A stretch of 64,000 bases of DNA from the NCBI GenBank assembly GCA_017535105.1, contig JAFXUI010000001.1, positions 174,612-238,611 on the forward strand, given 5' to 3'. This DNA is from Alphaproteobacteria bacterium (GTDB lineage: Bacteria; Pseudomonadota; Alphaproteobacteria; Rs-D84). Position 1 is the stretch's first letter. The number at the start of each line of letters is the position of its first letter. Below, in pieces: positions 61,892 to 64,000 of the stretch. The notes below the pieces were generated by a model. It searched no databases. It had not been told where the DNA came from and was given only the letters and a program-made list of their open reading frames with translations. The position numbers and the translations under genes were made by a program.

Positions 61892-62269
61892 TTATCTTTG
61901 TTTGTCTTTATACAATTCAGGCAAAATATGTTGGACAACCATATCACGCATAAATTTATCAACGCATTTACCATGGCACATTTTTTCAATGCAAATGCCG
62001 GTGCGTATTGGACGGGCGCGTGTGTACAAATTTGGTTGGCATTTTGTGCGCGGATTGTATTTCGTGTTTATAAACAATCTGCCATCAGTCCATTCCGCAG
62101 AAATAGAGTTTATACAAGAAAAAGCATCAGGTGTTTCTGATTCCAATATTTTTTTAATGCGACGTGCTGTGTCTTCGTCTATGCGTACGGGTAAACGTTC
62201 ACGTTGATGTTGTGGCATAAATACCGTTTCGTCGTTTAATAAAACCAAACCATCTGTTTTTTTTGCCAT
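61892..62269 (-). CDS. Cys-rich small protein, paralog 3 of 3 (125 aa, divergent)
   Basis: Ends GICIEKMCHGKCVDKFMRDMVVQHILPELYKDKQR. The conserved SC...C...C-x4-C-xn-GKC-D-F pattern is shared with paralogs 1 and 2. ATG is 2 nt after the gatC stop, with a GGAGA SD inside gatC. Confidence 0.5.
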   Translation of the reverse strand: MAKKTDGLVLLNDETVFMPQHQRERLPVRIDEDTARRIKKILESETPDAFSCINSISAEWTDGRLFINTKYNPRTKCQPNLYTRARPIRTGICIEKMCHGKCVDKFMRDMVVQHILPELYKDKQR

Positions 62270-62271
62270 AA

Positions 62272-62568
62272 TTAATCTCCATCCATAACCTTGGGTACCG
62301 CAAAATACCCACGTGAAGTGCCAGCATTGTCTGGCGCGTTTTTCAGTACGTCCGCACGTGGTGCGTTGTCGGTGACAACATCAGCGCGACGGGGCAATTC
62401 ATGTGATGCCGGGTTCAACATTGGTTCAACACCGTTCGTGTCAATTTGTTGTAATTTATCCAGCCAATCAACCACAGAATCAATGTTCATAGATTCCAGT
62501 TTTTCGTCAGAAATTTCAATCCGAATAAGGTCGGCAAATTTGTGTAATTGTTGCTTGCTAAACGCCAT
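62272..62568 (-). CDS. gatC: Asp/Glu-tRNA(Asn/Gln) amidotransferase subunit C
   Basis: Trimmed to MAFSKQQLHKFADLIRIEISDEKLESMNIDSVVDWLDKLQQIDTNGVEPMLNP (98 aa) with AGGA SD. Confidence 0.9.
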   Translation of the reverse strand: MAFSKQQLHKFADLIRIEISDEKLESMNIDSVVDWLDKLQQIDTNGVEPMLNPASHELPRRADVVTDNAPRADVLKNAPDNAGTSRGYFAVPKVMDGD

Positions 62569-62606
62569 TTTAGATCCTATTATTAAAACCAGAGGTTGAT
62601 TATACA

Positions 62607-63044
62607 ATGATTATGCCAGATTTCAAGGATTTTCCGCGCAATGCGCGCATTATTGGATTCGATTGGGGCGCACGGCGTACCGGGGTTGCCGTATCAGACG
62701 AAAGCTGGGAATTTGTTTTTGCGCGTAAACCGATTGTCGGGGGTGATATGGCGCGCCAAATGGCTGATTTGGCGGTGTCTGAACGTGTGGTGGGAATTGT
62801 TATTGGTTTGCCGTTGCGGACCGATGGGTCGGAATCTGAAACAACAAAACAGGTTCGCGCAGTTGCCAATCAAATTGCCGAATATACCGATTTGCCAATT
62901 TGTTTTGTTGATGAAACTTTATCCAGTGCCACCGCCGCACAAGAGGCCGGGTTGCACAAGCAAAAAGAAGTCAAAGAAAAATTGGATTCAGAATCCGCGC
63001 GTCTTATTTTGGAAAACGCGATTGCAATAATGAAACGTTTGTAA
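62607..63044 (+). CDS. ruvX: Holliday junction resolvase-like nuclease RuvX (YqgF)
   Basis: 145 aa. IIGFDWGARRTGVAVSD and IVIGLPLRTDGSESETT are YqgF signatures. Confidence 0.9.
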   Translation: MIMPDFKDFPRNARIIGFDWGARRTGVAVSDESWEFVFARKPIVGGDMARQMADLAVSERVVGIVIGLPLRTDGSESETTKQVRAVANQIAEYTDLPICFVDETLSSATAAQEAGLHKQKEVKEKLDSESARLILENAIAIMKRL

Positions 63045-63057
63045 AGAACGGGGATAT

Positions 63058-63108
63058 AAAAAAACGCGCTATGTACAGAAAACCCAGTACATAGCGCGTT
63101 TTTATTTT
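63058..63108. terminator. bidirectional intrinsic terminator (ruvX / AI-2E transporter gene)
   Basis: 14-bp stem AACGCGCTATGTAC ... GTACATAGCGCGTT flanked by an A-run and TTTTATTTT. Confidence 0.75.
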
Positions 63109-63113
63109 CGTAA

Positions 63114-64000
63114 TTATTCGTCGTCACGAATATCTGGAATCTTGCCATTTTCAGACAACAATACCGCAATCGGACGTGTTGAATCAAATTGGGCGGTGAT
63201 GATAAATATGACCATCAGTAATGGTACACTTAAAAACATTCCAATCACGCCCCAAATCATTCCCCAAAATACCAGGTTCACCAAAATTGCCAATGTTGAC
63301 AGGTTCAATGTTTTTCCAGTAAGTTTTGGGTCCAATATGTTTCCAAAAATAATTTCCAACGCGATTAACCCGACGGCGGTAAGTATCGCCAAGTGTATAG
63401 ATGGTCCAACCGCCAACGCAAACAATACCGGCAAAACACACGCGGTAATGGAACCGATTGTTGGTACATAATTCATAATGAAAATCAAGAATGCCCATGC
63501 GCCTGCAAATTCCAAACCAATCATACGCAACCATGCATACGCAAACAGCCCAGTCAAACCCGATATTATGGTTTTCATAAACAGGTATCGTTTCATATTT
63601 TTATCAACGCTTTCAATTATATATGCATATTTTTTTGATTGGCGTTTGTTGGCAAAAAGGTTTTTCATTTTGTTGCGAAATGTTTCTTGTTCAACAAACA
63701 AGAACAAAATGTAAATCAAAATCATTCCAACCGATGCCACAATAGATGCCGCCGATGCACCAACCGATGCGGCGATTTGTGTAAAGTTTGGTAAGATATG
63801 CGTATCTACCGATATTCCCAGAGAACCAGATAAATAATTCATTGCCGATAACAATTTGTCTTGCAATACGGGCAGGGCACTTTGTAATTGTGCGAACATT
63901 GGGTGGATATGTGTTGCAAATAGATATATCGTAAAACCAATTGCGCCAAATGACAAAATACGCGAAGCCCAATCAAACAAATGCCCCAAGAAAGATGTAT
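63114..64000 (-). CDS. AI-2E family (PerM/UPF0118) transporter, N-terminus probably beyond window end
   Basis: YVPTIGSITACVLPVLFAL...FGNILDPKLTGKTLNLSTLAILVNLVFWGMIWGVIGMFLSVPLLMV. The reading frame stays open upstream of the track's TTG start through position 64000. Confidence 0.8.
   Translation of the reverse strand, partial: TSFLGHLFDWASRILSFGAIGFTIYLFATHIHPMFAQLQSALPVLQDKLLSAMNYLSGSLGISVDTHILPNFTQIAASVGASAASIVASVGMILIYILFLFVEQETFRNKMKNLFANKRQSKKYAYIIESVDKNMKRYLFMKTIISGLTGLFAYAWLRMIGLEFAGAWAFLIFIMNYVPTIGSITACVLPVLFALAVGPSIHLAILTAVGLIALEIIFGNILDPKLTGKTLNLSTLAILVNLVFWGMIWGVIGMFLSVPLLMVIFIITAQFDSTRPIAVLLSENGKIPDIRDDE

Noticed and set aside
1-64000. Looked for CRISPR arrays, rRNA operons, IS elements or transposases, integrases and prophage blocks
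   Set aside because: None found. The only recombinase is housekeeping-type xerD. There are no regularly spaced direct repeats and no rRNA-like sequence.

Overview
64 kb chromosomal window from an AT-leaning Gram-negative bacterium. Gene content and order (MucR/Ros-type regulator, RHH_4 protein, yajC-secD-secF, SPOR protein next to tatA, Ctp-like protein, lolA-tatB-tatC, ftsL-ftsI, gatCAB, Suf genes) suggest an alphaproteobacterium, possibly host-associated; this is inference only. I call about 70 protein-coding genes, 2 tRNAs (Lys-CUU, Phe-GAA), 12 intrinsic terminators and several sigma70-type promoters. I saw no rRNA, CRISPR array, transposase/IS element or clear prophage. The backbone is housekeeping: typA, serS, trxB, xerD, lptG, greA, mutL, yajC-secDF, ftsK, rarA, trmB, gltX, thrS, tatA/B/C, dksA, trxA, sufS/sufE, ftsL-ftsI, recJ, nrnA, lolA, nlpD-like, miaB, gatCAB, ruvX. 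Main second-look items: (1) one ORF fusing YbeY to apolipoprotein N-acyltransferase (Lnt) through a metallothionein-like Cys cluster; (2) a Slam/DUF560 (type XI secretion-like) outer-membrane protein next to a TbpB-like poly-Gly surface lipoprotein, in a surface-protein cluster just downstream of tRNA-Lys; (3) an 11-gene minus-strand operon gatC to miaB in which gatC and gatA are separated by three tandem Cys-rich paralogs plus a recombinase-domain-like ORF, with tRNA-Phe antisense between gatA and gatB and three small ORFs between gatB and miaB; (4) a 4-gene operon with an HNH-like protein followed by a SUKH/SMI1-like protein and an RHH protein; (5) a secreted protein with about 38 Cys, EGF/furin-like repeats and an internal duplication, translationally coupled to tatA; (6) an 18-codon uORF with six consecutive Thr codons upstream of a TGS-less thrS; (7) several homologs that seem to have lost catalytic or metal ligands (S41 peptidase, SodC-like lipoprotein, Cys-less DksA, Zn-ligand-poor MucR). 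All functional calls rest on motif recognition by eye. No database search was run.
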